44,702 nt of DNA from assembly GCF_006345805.1 (NCBI RefSeq), contig NW_021835877.1, forward strand, positions 1-44,702, given 5' to 3'. Source of the stretch: Octopus sinensis. Its lineage: Eukaryota. Shown piece by piece: positions 1 through 12,379 of this stretch. Position 1 is the first letter of the stretch, and every line of letters begins with the position of its first letter. The position numbers and the translations under genes are program-made. The notes below the pieces were generated by a model. The model did not search any database. It had not been told where the DNA came from and was given only the letters and a program-made list of their open reading frames with translations.

Positions 1-240
1 GTGGTGGTGTTGGTAGTGGTAGCATAGCAGTGGTGGGTGGCGGCGGTGGTGGTGGTGGTGGTGGTGGTGGTGATGGTAATGTGGGTGGTGGTGGTGGTAG
101 TGGTGGTGATGGTGGCGGTAGTGATGGTGGTGGTGGTGATGGGGAAGAGGAGGGGGAGGTTGTAGTTGTACAGCGCCGCCACCACCACCACCACCATCAA
201 CGCCACCTTCATCACCGTCGCCACCGCCGCCACCATCATA
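1..240. repeat. (GGT)n/(CAC)n trinucleotide low-complexity tract
   Basis: Direct reading; it explains the poly-Gly/His ORF at 30-278. Confidence 0.95.
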
Positions 241-489
241 AAGGACTATGGAAAACAAAAACGACGGATCCAAAGTAGAGAGAGTGTATGATTCCAGGTT
301 CGAATCCAGGCAATATTGCATTTGTCATTCGAAATGTCACGCACAAGATATTAGTACCAGTAATATAATATGTCAGGAAAGGAGTACTGTGCAGCGGAAC
401 CAAAAGAATACTTTGTGGTATTTTCATACGTCCATTTACACCCCTGAATTCGAACCCCGCCGACGTCAACCTCGCCAACTCTGAACTGC

Positions 490-600
490 TTTGCGGTCCT
501 CAGTTCAAATACTGCAGAAGCCAACTGGTTCTTTCACCCTTCCGCGGTCGATAAAAAAAAGTATCAGTTGCACACTGAGGTCTATAAAATTGACAAGCCC
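490..600 (+). mobile_element. Highly degraded SINE-A fragment
   Basis: CAGTTCAAATACTGCAGAAGCCAACTGGTTCTTTCACCCTTCCGCGGTCGATAAAAAAAAGTATCAGTTGCACACTGAGGTC aligns by eye to the SINE-A body seen at 24270-24500. Confidence 0.55.
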
Positions 601-641
601 TCTAGCCAAACATTTCATGCCTTGTCCCTTTAGTAGAAACA

Positions 642-713
<72 letters not shown>

Positions 714-789
714 GCCTTTGCACAGCTTCTAACACTGTTCACTACTAGTGAACTAAGGTAACACACCTTATTTTTCGAGCACCTTCCGG

Positions 790-845
<56 letters not shown>

Positions 846-849
846 CATT

Positions 850-884
<35 letters not shown>
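642..884. repeat. (ATT)n and (ATC)n microsatellites, interrupted at 714-790 by a LINE 3' fragment
   Basis: Direct reading: (ATT)n 642-713, (ATT)n about 789-845, (ATC)n about 846-884. Confidence 0.95.
714..790 (-). mobile_element. Very short 5'-truncated RLE-type (R4/Dong-like) LINE 3' end inside a TAA repeat
   Basis: Minus strand reads ATC CGG AAG GTG CTC GAA AAA TAA (IRKVLEK*), the typical C-terminus of RLE LINE ORFs. A ~55-nt UTR follows and runs directly into (AAT)n. Confidence 0.6.
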
Positions 885-1910
885 ATGAAAACTCTCAGCT
901 TATTCTGCTGGGTATGATGGAAAGTGTCAGCTGTCCACAGTCAGCAGACTAAGGTGACCCTTGTTTACTGATCATGCTTCAAGAACCCTGTGAAGAACTC
1001 TTGCAGTTCCAAGCAATGCTGGTTTTTGTAGGTGTTCCACTTGCATCGATCTTTTTCAGCCATGTTGGTAGCTGAGTGCTGATACTTCCAAGTGCACCAA
1101 TTACTATTGGTATCACGTCTACTCTCCTCATCCTTCGTATTTCACATTCCAAAGCGTCATAGTTATCCAGTTTTTCTACTTTTTCTTTGATCCTGTTGTC
1201 ACTGGGACATGCTATGTCGATTATCATGCAAGTTGTCCAATTTCCGATAATTAGTCAGGTTATCGCACTGAATTATTGCTTCCCACAGGATTTTGCAATC
1301 CTCATTTCGGTGTCTCTTTCTGGGATGTTCTCATACCTCCGTGTTTACTCTTTGTAGGCCGTGATTTCCACAGAGTTCTCAATGGAATCTTCCGTGCCAC
1401 ACTGTCATGTCGTCTTTTGTAACCGCGTTGTGCCAATTTCAGGCCTTCGCTAACGATGTGCCATACCGCTTCACCCCTCTCACCACGCGTTCTGCATTTG
1501 TCGCTGTCGGTAGTATTGTTGGTTCTGCACTTCACTTCTTGTACTGCGTATATAAGTACGATCTTCCGGTTACTCCTCACACACCGATGTTCTGTGTCTG
1601 TCTTGGAGTTCTTATCTCTTGCAAAGTGACCAAACATTTTTCTCCTTCTAAGTTTCTTTTTCTTTTCTTTTGTGTTTTCTTCCTTTGTGTTTTATTTTTC
1701 CCCTCTTTACACAATTCTCAGTTTTAAAGACCCCGGCCGGACTCTTTCACATGTTCCAACAATGGTTCCACGATATGTTTTACAGAACACCTTAAGCTGT
1801 TTTCCTCTGCTTCGATACAATCCTGGCCACGGATCAAACCTCTCCTACCCTTTCTTCTGGACAAGTGCAGCCTATCGGTGTCACTCTTATGGTGGAAGGC
1901 TGGTCAATGG
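885..1910 (-). mobile_element. Decayed R4/Dong-clade non-LTR retrotransposon, 3' ~1 kb (RT thumb, CCHC knuckle, RLE endonuclease)
   Basis: Frameshifted minus-strand translation gives AFHHKSDTDRLHLSRRKGRRGLI (RT thumb), KCRTRGERGEAVWHIVSEGLKLAQRGYKRRHDSVARKI (zinc knuckle), IIDIACPSDNRIKEKVEKLDNYDALECEIRR..VIPIVIGALG (PD-(D/E)xK RLE) and LQKPALLGTARVLHRVLEA* (stop 972-974). An 87-nt 3' UTR then joins a (TGA)n(TAA)n tail. Confidence 0.9.
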
Positions 1911-2093
1911 CAAACGTGATAGAGCGGAAAAGAAAATATACTTCAGTTTTTGATTTCACTTTCTTTACGTCCCGAGTTCAAATCTCGCCGAAGAAACTTT
2001 GTCATTCAACATTCCTGGTTCACTAAAATAGATACTAGATGGATTATTAAGGTGGTATTTAATCGCCTGTGCTTCTTCCTGACATCCTCTTCA

Positions 2094-2097
2094 ATAC

Positions 2098-2146
<49 letters not shown>

Positions 2147-2221
2147 TAAACACACACTCGCACATACATACATACAGGCATACATATATGCAGACAGACA
2201 TACAGACATATATACACACAT

Positions 2222-2261
<40 letters not shown>

Positions 2262-2309
2262 GTGTGTGTATATATATAATGTATGTACACACGCACATAT
2301 ATATATATG

Positions 2310-2356
<47 letters not shown>

Positions 2357-2452
2357 TTATGTATGTATGCATGCATGTATTCATATATGTATGTATGTAT
2401 GTATGTATGGTATGTATGTATGTATGTATGTTAATGTGTGTATGTATGTATG

Positions 2453-2481
<29 letters not shown>
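2094..2481. repeat. Compound (CA)n/(TA)n/(ATGT)n microsatellite
   Basis: Direct reading. Confidence 0.95.
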
Positions 2482-2483
<2 letters not shown>

Positions 2484-2890
2484 GCATGTATAAAACCTGG
2501 TGTCAGTGTCAGACATTAATTCAGTAGAGGGAGGTAAGTCATCTTCTGGCAATCTGATCACATGACCTACTTTTGAATAATCCGTTTCTTCTTTTTTTTT
2601 AATATATATTTATTATATTTTGTTTTGTTTTATAATCGTTATTAATAATTCTGGTCTTAATTCGTGAAACCTGATTTTGGTTGAAGGAAACATTCCCAGC
2701 ATGCCACAGCCAACTGAGTGGAACCAATAACAGAGTAAAAGAGTATATAATGGTCTCCCTCATCGACAATCCCAGCATGACCTCTCAGCATGACCTCTGC
2801 TGTAATGACTTAAACAGTATAAAGTACCAAGTAAGTATTGGTCATAGTGCATACAGCTTTAACGACGGTGGTGTTAAATTTGATACAGGC

Positions 2891-3040
2891 GCAGTACATT
2901 ACTGGTATTCATTTTACAGACCTCACACTGATTAAAGGTAAAGTCGACCTCGGTGGAATTTGAACTCAGAACGTACTGACAGGCGAAATAACGCTAAGCA
3001 TTTGGTCCTGCGTGCTAACGATTTTGCCAGCTCGCTGCTT
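2891..3040 (-). mobile_element. SINE-A (tRNA-derived head plus body, 3' truncated)
   Basis: Reverse complement AAGCAGCGAGCTGGCAAAATCGTTAGCACG...GTTCTGAGTTCAAATTCCACCGAGGTCGACTTTACC matches the other SINE-A copies; B-box-like GAGTTCAAATTCC. Confidence 0.85.
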
Positions 3041-3182
3041 TACTATAATGATGATGAGGAGGAGGATGAGGATGATGAGGAGGATGAGGATGAGGATGAG
3101 GATGATGACGACGACGATGATGATGATAATAACGATGATGGCGATGATAATGATGATGAAGAACAACTTTAAAGTAAGAGAA

Positions 3183-3566
3183 GGATTCATTCTTTCTACT
3201 CTAGGCACAAGGGGAGGGGTCAGTCGATTAGATTGGCCGCAGTGTTTCACTGGTACTTAATTTATCGTCCCCGAAAGGATGAAAGGCAAAGTCGACCTCG
3301 GCGGAATTTGAACTCAGAACGTAAAGACCGACGAAATACCTATTTCTTTATTACCCACAAGGGGCTAAGATAGAGGGGACAAACAAAGACAGACATAGGT
3401 ATTAAGTCGATTACATCGACCCTAGTGCGTAACTGGTACTTAATATATCGACCCCGAAAGGTTGAAAGGCAAAGTTGACCACGTCGGAATTTGAACTCAT
3501 AACGTAACGGCAGACGAAATACCGCTAAGCATTTCGCTCGGCGTGCTAACGTTTCTGCTAGCTCGC
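3183..3566 (-). mobile_element. Composite of a full SINE-A with tail A2 (3341-3566) joined to a headless SINE-A with tail A1 (3183-3340)
   Basis: Two copies of the body (TTCAAATTCCGCCGAGGTCGACTTTGCCTTTCATCCTTTCGGGG-like). Minus-strand junction AAAGAAATA|GGTATTTCGTC at 3341/3340. Confidence 0.85.
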
Positions 3567-3744
3567 AGTGGTGGTGGTGGTTGGTGGTGGTGGTGATGGT
3601 GGTGGTGGTTGGTGGTGGTGGTGGTGGTGGTGGTGGTGGTGGCGGCGGCGGCGGCGGTGGCGGTGGTGGTGGTGTGGTGGTGGTTGTGGTGGTGGTCGTG
3701 GTGGTGGCGGCGGCGGCGACGACGATGATGATGACGATGAAGAA

Positions 3745-4400
3745 GAACTTGAAGTAACAGAAAGACTCATTGTGACTGCTCAGAGCCAGTCATTTTGGAC
3801 GAATATCATTAAGGCCAAAATAGACAAATCCTTGGAAAGCGCAAAGTGCAGAGTGTGTAATGAGAAAGAGGAATCCGTTATGCACGTAATAAGTTCCTGC
3901 AGTCGTTTGGCACAGAAGGAATATAGACGCAAATAAGAGTGTGTGACGAAGGCACTACACTGGGACATATTACGGCAAAGAGGATTTAGAGAAGGAAGAA
4001 AATGGTATCAGCATCAACCAGAAAGTGTAAAAAGAGAACGACCAGCAAAAGATCGAATGGGATTTTAATGTACAGCCTGATAACGAAGTTCATGCAAGGC
4101 GACCAGATATTGTGGTTCTGGACAAAGGGGAAAAAGAGTGTGCCATCATAGATCTGCGGACAAGAATGTAGAGGTCAAAGAAGAGGAGAAAACAGGGAAA
4201 TACCAGGATTTGGTCAAGGAAATGCGAAGGCAGTCGAGGGTTTCTACAAAAGTAATCCCAGTTGTTTTCGTGGCGATATCAGAAGGCACACACTTAAATG
4301 CTATGGCCAAATATTAGGAACCCCCAAGGTGTCAGTGCTACAAAACAGGACCAGTGTTCCTTAGAATTTGTACCTGTTAAATTCTAAGATTCGTTCCATT
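3745..4400 (+). mobile_element. Decayed R4/Dong-clade LINE 3' fragment (CCHC plus RLE)
   Basis: TERLIVTAQSQSFWTNIIKAKIDKSLESAKCRVCNEKEESVMHVISSCSRLAQKEY (CCHC), KALHWDIL, KIEWDFNVQPDNEVHARRPDIVVLDKGEKECAIID, KEEEKTGKYQDL..EMRR..KVIPVV; stops and frameshifts present. Confidence 0.9.
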
Positions 4401-5032
4401 CCACTTGCAGGTATTGCCACGTGGCTGTATCGAAGACTAGCAGAAAGAAGAAGAAAAAAACCCTAAGGCCGTTACTCAGAATTACGATGTAACTTGTCAC
4501 AGGTAACACCTTTTTACATTCAAATAAGAGACATCTTGGTTTCAGGAGAAATTAAAAGGACTTCCTCCATCACCCGATTTAACGCCAACTCCTACATTCC
4601 ATTGAATATCTTCAGTGGATTTCATTCAGTTGCAAGCATTCAGACCAAATCTCCAGACTGAGGATATTTTCCGCTTTTACTCCGAGTAGTCGCAGGGCAG
4701 CCACCCCTATTAAAGGGGTCATGGTGTTGCCCTTTCTCCTCTGATTTAGTGATTAACAAAAAAAAGAAATTCCCGAAAACGAGATGAAACCACGTGACCG
4801 GATAAATGAAATCTTCCTGGTGTGAAGTGAACGCACATGCTAGGTGTCCGCCGCTCGTTAATCCAACCGGATATCACATCTCTCCCTCTACACTGATGAG
4901 CACGTGTCTTACGTCTTCACTTCCGTCGGGCTCACACATACAGAAATATGCCTATACACCGCATATATTGTGTGTTTGTATATGTATGTATACATAGGTG
5001 TGTATGTATAAGTATATGTATGTGTATGTATA

Positions 5033-5092
<60 letters not shown>

Positions 5093-5720
5093 GTATGTAT
5101 GTATGGTATATATATATATATATATATATATCTATATATATATATATATAATATATAATATGTGAGTGTATATATAAATATATATATATATATAGCACAC
5201 ACACACGCAATAAACGAATCGATAAACACGCATATATACATATACAAACACACGTGTGTGTGTGTGCACAAGTGTATATAAACACAAATGTTCATGAACA
5301 CACACATAGCTATACAGAAATACACACAGATACATGAATGCACACAAACACACACACGTACATAGATAAATATTAGCACACATACACAAACACACACACG
5401 ATATCAAGCACTATAAATAAGCTATCGCGGTTATTACTTAAGCTTGGTCGATTCCTCCGTGGGTTGTCGCATTTATATAACTAAATGCTGCATAAAATAA
5501 CTATAGCAGAGAGTTATAGCCTACATGGATAATAAATGAGAGTAGGTCGATGCGCTATCGTGGTTTGTTTCTGTTCGACATGTGTTTCGATTCATACTTT
5601 CAAGCGTTTGTTCGCTATGTAGTCACATAACAGTGGTCAATGACACACAGAAACAGCACAGAATGGATATATGAGAATATATATACAAATATAATATGAA
5701 AAAATATACAGTGCACTATT

Positions 5721-5795
5721 ATTTCTACTTCACGGATTTTCACATATCGCGGGGGGTTTTGGACCGTAACACCCGCGATAGTCGAGGGATTACTG
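5721..5795 (-). mobile_element. Terminal fragment of a Tc1/pogo(Tigger)-like MITE
   Basis: Minus strand starts CAGTAATCCCTCGACTATCGCGGG, a pogo/Tigger-type end recalled from family knowledge. Internal inverted repeat TATCGCGGG (5745-5753) / CCCGCGATA (5772-5780). Confidence 0.5.
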
Positions 5796-5906
5796 AATAT
5801 ATATATATATATATACATGCATAGATATCATGTATAAACACACAGGCAAAACTAGAAACCTATATACATATATAAGCACGTACATACATAGACACATATA
5901 TAAATA

Positions 5907-6800
5907 TACGGAGTGCGTCTACAGAATATCCTACCTTTGGACATAAAAAAAAACAATTTTGTACATTTCACAAATTTTATTTAATCCCCTTCACAATACC
6001 CACCATCCCTGGGAACATACATACTTCTCCTAGCGTTTCTGCTTCTGCTGGTAAACACCCCTGGAACTCCTTCTCTGGAATGCTATGGAGCTCCGCCGTC
6101 ACTTTTGCCATAATATCCTCTCTCGACTTCAACTGCTTCCCTTTCAGCGTGGTTTTCAGTTTGAGAAAAAGCCAGGAGTCACACGGTGCCGAGTCGGGAG
6201 AGTAGGGAGCCTGTCGAAGAAGTAGTGTGTGGTTCTTGACCAGGAGGGTAAAAAACCCCTTTAGTCACGAGATTGCAGCTAGAAAGTTCCCTTCTGTGGC
6301 ACAAATCCGGGCAAGGTTGTTTTTATGGAAGACCAGCAGTCGCCCATGTATACCGGCCTCCCCACTCCACTGAACCGATGGTATCCAAGGGAAAAGGCAA
6401 AGGGGCCGATACAGCTTGGCACCTGTGACGTCGCAACTCATTTCTACAGCTGAGCGAACTGGAGCAACATGAAATAAAGTGTCTTGCCCAAGAACACAAC
6501 CCGCAGCCCGGTCTGGGAAATGAACTCACGACCTCATGATTAAAATCCAGACGCTCTAGGATTATGTCGATGGAATGGGCAGGCGCATTGCCGTTGAGGA
6601 GTTGTCACTTCTTCGCTTTTTGGAGCCCTCGTGATGACGGATGCTTCCACTGAGAAGACGGGAACTTAGTTTCCGGGTTGTAACCGTGAACCCGTGTGCC
6701 AACCCCAGTGAGGATGGTCTTCATGAAGTTTGGGTCGGGGGTTGCACAGTCCAACATGTCCTGAGCGATTTCCATGCGGAGATCTTTCCAGTGGCTTAAA
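5907..6800 (-). mobile_element. Mariner transposon relic (internally deleted, interrupted by SINE-D)
   Basis: Minus-strand translation 6800-6560: KDLRMEIAQDMLDCATPDPNFMKTILTGVGTRVHGYNPETKFPSSQWKHPSS..KKA then LLNGNAPAHS. After the SINE, 6245-5990: LVKNHTLLLRQAPYSPDSAPCDSWLFLKLKTTLKGKQLKSREDI..IPEKEFQGC. TIR-like end TA-CGGAGTGCGTCTACAGAATATCCTACCTTTGG at 5907-5940. Confidence 0.88.
6249..6558 (-). mobile_element. SINE-D (5'-truncated tRNA head, GTGTTCTTGGGCAAGACACTTTATTTC central domain) inserted in the mariner relic
   Basis: Reverse complement has B-box-like GTGAGTTCATTTCC, then TGTGTTCTTGGGCAAGACACTTTATTTCATGTTGCTCCAG, which is shared with 27825-28005 and 35820-35960. Confidence 0.8.
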
Positions 6801-6845
6801 CCAAAAAAGATTGAAGTTACATAAACACACCCACAGGTACATTAA

Positions 6846-6847
<2 letters not shown>

Positions 6848-6901
<54 letters not shown>

Positions 6902-7401
6902 ACACACACACACACACGCACACATGTGCATAAGCAAAGGCTTTTGCATGGTCGCTCGAACCGCTAGCAACAGCAGCCAAATCTCCTCAAAGCACAACCT
7001 GCCATTAGAAAAAAGACATTAAATAATTTAGTCGTACATAAAAAAAAGAAATATGGGGGTGATCACGGCTGGAATGACGTTGATCAGAAGTAAGCTCGAT
7101 CAGGACTGACCTGGGGCTAAACAACAAAAACAATAACAGACACATACACACGATAATGCACTCATTCACACACATCTACCCACCAAAACACACAGCAACA
7201 TACACAAATATACACACGTATCACAAAACACACGCATTCTTAGTAACATACACATTAACACACGCTCGCCCAGCTTATACACACTCACACACACAAACAC
7301 ACCCACCGACGCAGTTACTACAACACACCTACATAAATACACACATACATATACTCGAAAAGATGCACATGCACACAAATACACACACACACACATACAC
7401 A

Positions 7402-7448
<47 letters not shown>

Positions 7449-7730
7449 AAACACATACACAAACCCACACACACACCGACGCAAATACTACAAAACACCT
7501 ACATAAATACACACAACTACACACACATACATATACTTGAAAATATGCACATGCACACAAATACACACACGCACACACACACACACACAAACACATGTTT
7601 GTATACATATATATATATATATATATGTACCAACATATACGCATAAATACACACTAACACACACACATACATCAGAGAGCACGGCACACACATCAACACA
7701 CTCACGTACACTCATATACCCCAACACACA

Positions 7731-7762
<32 letters not shown>
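6848..7762. repeat. (CA)n-rich tracts, including an ~171-bp internal duplication (ACCGACGCA..AACACCTACATAAATAC at about 7305 and 7476)
   Basis: Direct reading. Confidence 0.85.
6930..7137 (+). mobile_element. Retroposon 3' tail (tail G) ending in CTGACCTGGGGCTAAACAACAA
   Basis: A degraded second copy of the same end lies at about 17495-17555 (CACGGCTGGCATGTCTG...GGTCTACGGCTAAACAG); short (AAC)n tail. Confidence 0.5.
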
Positions 7763-7765
<3 letters not shown>

Positions 7766-7879
7766 CAACATCTGTGTAACTAAAGGTAAAAAGAAAACAT
7801 AACAACAACAAAATCAACAAAACAAATCTGGAAATAATTAAAGTGAAAAAAAACGGAAATTATGGAGATTGGTGAGCGG

Positions 7880-8416
7880 AAGAGGAGAGGGCGGAGGAAG
7901 AGGAGGAGGAAGAAGATGCACCCTCGTCTTCTTCCCTGTTGCGCTTTCTTATCCTCCTCTTCCTTTTCTAAATCATCATCATCATCGTCATCATTATCAT
8001 CATCCCCACAGCAACAACCACCATCATCATCACCATCACCACCACCACCACCGCCGATGCCACCTCTTTCATCCATGTCATTATTATTCCCGCCAGCGAT
8101 CACCACCACCACCACCATCGACGTCGTTGACGCCGCCACCACCACTACCATTATCACCATCATCATCATCATCACCATCACCATCACTGGCATTATCATC
8201 ATTATTCTCCTCCTGATCTTCATTATCATCCGAATCCCCGTTATCATCACCGTCATCATCATCATCGTCCTCCTTTTCCTCCTCCTCCCCCTCGTCCTCC
8301 TCCTCCTCATCATCATCATCATTATACCAAATGCATCCTTATGTTCATACTAAGCCTCTTCACGCTTCTCCCAAACCATTTTTTACTCCGTTATATCCAT
8401 TCAAATATGAATGTAC

Positions 8417-8473
<57 letters not shown>

Positions 8474-8506
8474 TGTAGTAGTAGTAGTAGTAGTAGTAGC
8501 AGCAGA

Positions 8507-8564
<58 letters not shown>

Positions 8565-8565
8565 A
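7880..8565. repeat. Compound trinucleotide tracts (GGA, CAT, CAC, CCT, TAG, CAG)
   Basis: Direct reading; source of the homopolymeric ORFs in this region. Confidence 0.95.
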
Positions 8566-9181
8566 GAGGAAGAGGAAGGAGGGGAAGGAGGAGCGAGAGG
8601 AGGTGGCGGTGGTGGTGGTAATGATTTCGTCGTGACCTAACCTGTAGAAGCGGTGGTGTTAGTGTCGTTAGTACTGCCCTTGGTAACAGTACTAGTTGTT
8701 GTGATGGTATAATGGTACAGATGGTGACATTGGTGGTGGTGGTATGGTAACAGGCATAACAGTGTTGGCAGTGGTTTTGTCGGTGGCCATTGTCTTGCAA
8801 GCCAGAATAGCAGATCGAGCGGTGATGTGTGGAGACCTTTGTCTAATAAACTGGTTCTGCGATGCTGGTAGGAAGCTAACAGTTCCAGACTAATCTACCG
8901 GACCAAGATTTCGGCTGGTTTTAGAAAGACAGACAGACCCTCTACTGCGCATGTGCAGCAGAACCTGATAAACATATCAATATTCGGGTCAACATTCTTG
9001 ACGGATGGTTCCTCTCACTTGCAGACAGGAAGATAACGAGGGATCGTTTATGATGAAGAAGGAAACACGGAAAGGAAATGGTATTTGCGAATGAAAAAGA
9101 TACGGCGATGGAATATGTACGTGTGTATGTGTATATATCTGCATATATATCTGCATATATATATATGCATATATATATATG

Positions 9182-9224
<43 letters not shown>

Positions 9225-9548
9225 TATACACATATACGCACACACACACATATATATATATGTACACTATATGCAAACATATATGTATATATATGCATAT
9301 ATACATATGTGTATATTTATATGCATGTATGTGCCTGTTTTTGTGTATGCACATATATTCATATTTATACGTGCGAGTGTGTGTATATGTATACATACAT
9401 ATAAATATATTTACATATATATAGACATATACATAAATATAAATATATAGATAAAATATGAATATATATGTATGTATATATATATATAAAAATCTATATA
9501 TGTACATATATTTATATATATACTCATATATACATTTATATGTATATC

Positions 9549-9931
9549 GTGCCACTCCGTCGGTTACGACGACGAGGGTTCCAGTTGATCCGATCAACGG
9601 AACAGCCTGCTCATAAAATTAATGTGCAAGTGGCTGAGCACTCCACAGACACGTGTACCCTTCACATAGTTCTTGGGGAGATTCAGCGTGACACAGTGTG
9701 TGACAAAGCTGGCCCTTTAAAATACAGGTACAACAGAAACAGGAAGAAAAAGCGGGAGAATGTTGTGGTGAAAGAATACAGCAGATTTTGCCACCACCAC
9801 CCCTTGCGGAGCCTTGTGGAACTTTAGGTGTTTTCGCTCAATAAACACTCACATCGCCCGGTCTGAGAATTGAAACCGCGATCCTACGACCAGGAGTCCG
9901 CTGCCCTACCCACTGGGCCATTGCACCTACC
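9549..9931 (-). mobile_element. SINE-B head joined to tail E
   Basis: Reverse complement: GCAATGGCCCAGTGGGTAGGGCAGCGGACTCCTGGTCGTAGGATCGCGGTTTCAATTCTCAGACCGGG (A and B boxes), nearly identical to the head at 39735. It ends in tail E (...GATCAACTGGAACCCTCGTCGTCGTAACCGACGGAGTGGCAC). Confidence 0.85.
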
Positions 9932-10004
9932 TCCACTATATATATGTGAGTAGATTTGGTAGTCGGAAACTGAAAGAAGCCCGTCGTGCTTATATATGTA
10001 TATA

Positions 10005-10155
10005 TATATAAAGTTAATCCAAACAAGAAAGCACAAAAAAACACAACAACGCGAGGACGTGGAACAAATATAGTATTATTGGACGCTCAGGAAGGAAGGG
10101 AAGAAGGAGGGATTAACGTTTCGAGCGGAGCTCTTCGTCGGAAACATAGGAGAAA
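10005..10155 (-). mobile_element. Penelope-pLTR-like fragment carrying a hammerhead-like motif with CCGACGA core
   Basis: Minus strand: UUUCCGACGA-A-GAGC-UCC-GCUC-GAAAC-GUU. The downstream CCTGAGCGTCCAATAATAC is homologous to the element at 31890-32220. Confidence 0.55.
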
Positions 10156-10430
10156 TATATATATGCACATACATACATATATACACGCATGAATGCATAT
10201 GCGTGTATACATAGGCATGTATATGCATACATATCTGTTTCGTTACACATGCACACACACTCACACAAAGGCACACACACACACATGTACGTGTGTATGT
10301 GTGTGTGTGTGTGTATATATATTATATATATATATATAATATATATATATATTATACACACACAAATCTGAACAAAACTATGTTGGAAATATAGAAAGAA
10401 TAATTGAATGAAACTATGGAAGAAGGATAT

Positions 10431-10431
10431 A

Positions 10432-10510
<79 letters not shown>
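10431..10510. repeat. (AAAG)n tetranucleotide microsatellite
   Basis: Direct reading. Confidence 0.95.
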
Positions 10511-10563
10511 GAGGAAGGAAACAAGGAAACAGGGAAGATCGGAGAGGATAAGAGTCATTCACA

Positions 10564-10796
10564 GTTTTCTGAATGAAATAACGACCCTTATGTCGTCTGT
10601 TCCATTATTTGCAACATAGAACAACAAGATGGCGGTTTTATGAAAGAAATAACGACCCTTATGTCGTCTGTTCCATTATTTGCAACATAAAACAACAAGA
10701 TGGCGGTTTTCTGAATGAAATAACGACCCTTATGTCGTCTGTTCCATTATTTGCAACATAGAACAACAAGATGGCGGTTTTATGAAAGAAATAACA
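10564..10796. repeat. 71-bp tandem repeat, about 3.3 copies, alternating A/B variants
   Basis: GAAATAAC starts at 10575, 10646, 10717 and 10788. Variants TTTTCTGAAT/TTTTATGAAA and ACATAGA/ACATAAA alternate. Confidence 0.95.
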
Positions 10797-11074
10797 AGAA
10801 AATGACATCATTGTGTGTGGTAGGAGGGTTGAGGAAGAGAGAGAGACAGAGGGGAAAATAGAGAGGAAGAGGGAGAAGAGAGTCGGGGGTAGACACACAG
10901 ACAGACAGGTAGAGAGATGCGGAGATAGATAAAAAGAATTGAGACAATGACTAAATAATATGCATTACATGACTACATCTTATAACAATTGTCTTGTATG
11001 ACGTGTTGGTCACGTGATATCTTTGTCATAGCGAAACAGTTGATGATGGAGATAGAGGTCTTAGATTAATTGTT

Positions 11075-11880
<806 letters not shown>

Positions 11881-11994
11881 TACGTGCAAATATAGAACAA
11901 CACTAGCTGTGATACTGTTCCTCAAAAACTAATCTAAAGAAACTGTGTGTTAAAAGCACAAAGGTTGCTCGAAATAACATCAGCATATTAACAG

Positions 11995-12045
11995 ACTTGA
12001 TGTAGACGTTTCGACTTGATTTAGACTCCTCAGTGCCGAATACAC
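11995..12045 (-). ncRNA. Degenerate minimal type-I hammerhead ribozyme motif
   Basis: CUGAGGA (plus 12027-12033), G..C stem II with one mismatch, GAAAC-GUC (plus 12005-12012). Stem I is poor. Confidence 0.4.
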
Positions 12046-12111
12046 CCGGTCAGTTTGAGCTAAGTGGGAAATTCGGTGAACAGACATTCATTGACTTGTA
12101 TGTTTGATATA

Positions 12112-12276
12112 TTAGTTTCAAATTTTGGCTCAAGTCCAGCAATTTCGGGGTAGAGGTAAGTTAATTACATCGACCCCAGTGCACAACTGTTATTTATTTT
12201 ACAGATCCCGAAGGGATCAAAGACAAAACGACCGCTGCGGAATCTGAGCAGAGAACGTAAAGACAGACGGAATGCC
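12112..12276 (-). mobile_element. Degraded SINE-A with tail A1
   Basis: TTACATCGACCCCAGTGCACAACTG...GATCCCGAAGGGATCAAAG...GAGAACGTAAAGACAGACGGAATGCC matches the reverse complement of SINE-A. Confidence 0.75.
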
Positions 12277-12379
12277 ACTCCTCTCGCTGCATTGCACATG
12301 TGCGTGTATATGTACTTGCGTATGTATAGGTATATATGTATGTAAATATAAGCTATTATATATATATGTGTGTGTGTGT

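Noticed and set aside
291-312. Perfect B box GGTTCGAATCC (297-307)
   Set aside because: No A box or tRNA/SINE body recognisable around it.
4545-4640. Tc1-like PPSPDLTP peptide
   Set aside because: The motif is too short and the flanking translation does not support a transposase.
5555-5610. Other weak hammerhead-like strings (also about 10995-11045, 13475-13510, 36790-36830, 43480-43520)
   Set aside because: Two or more core positions or stems are missing, so they cannot be distinguished from chance by eye.
8940-8960. NRF1-like TGCGCATGTGCA
   Set aside because: A single imperfect motif with no other support.
10564-10796. CRISPR-like array
   Set aside because: The units are contiguous with no unique spacers, no cas genes are present, and the context is eukaryotic.
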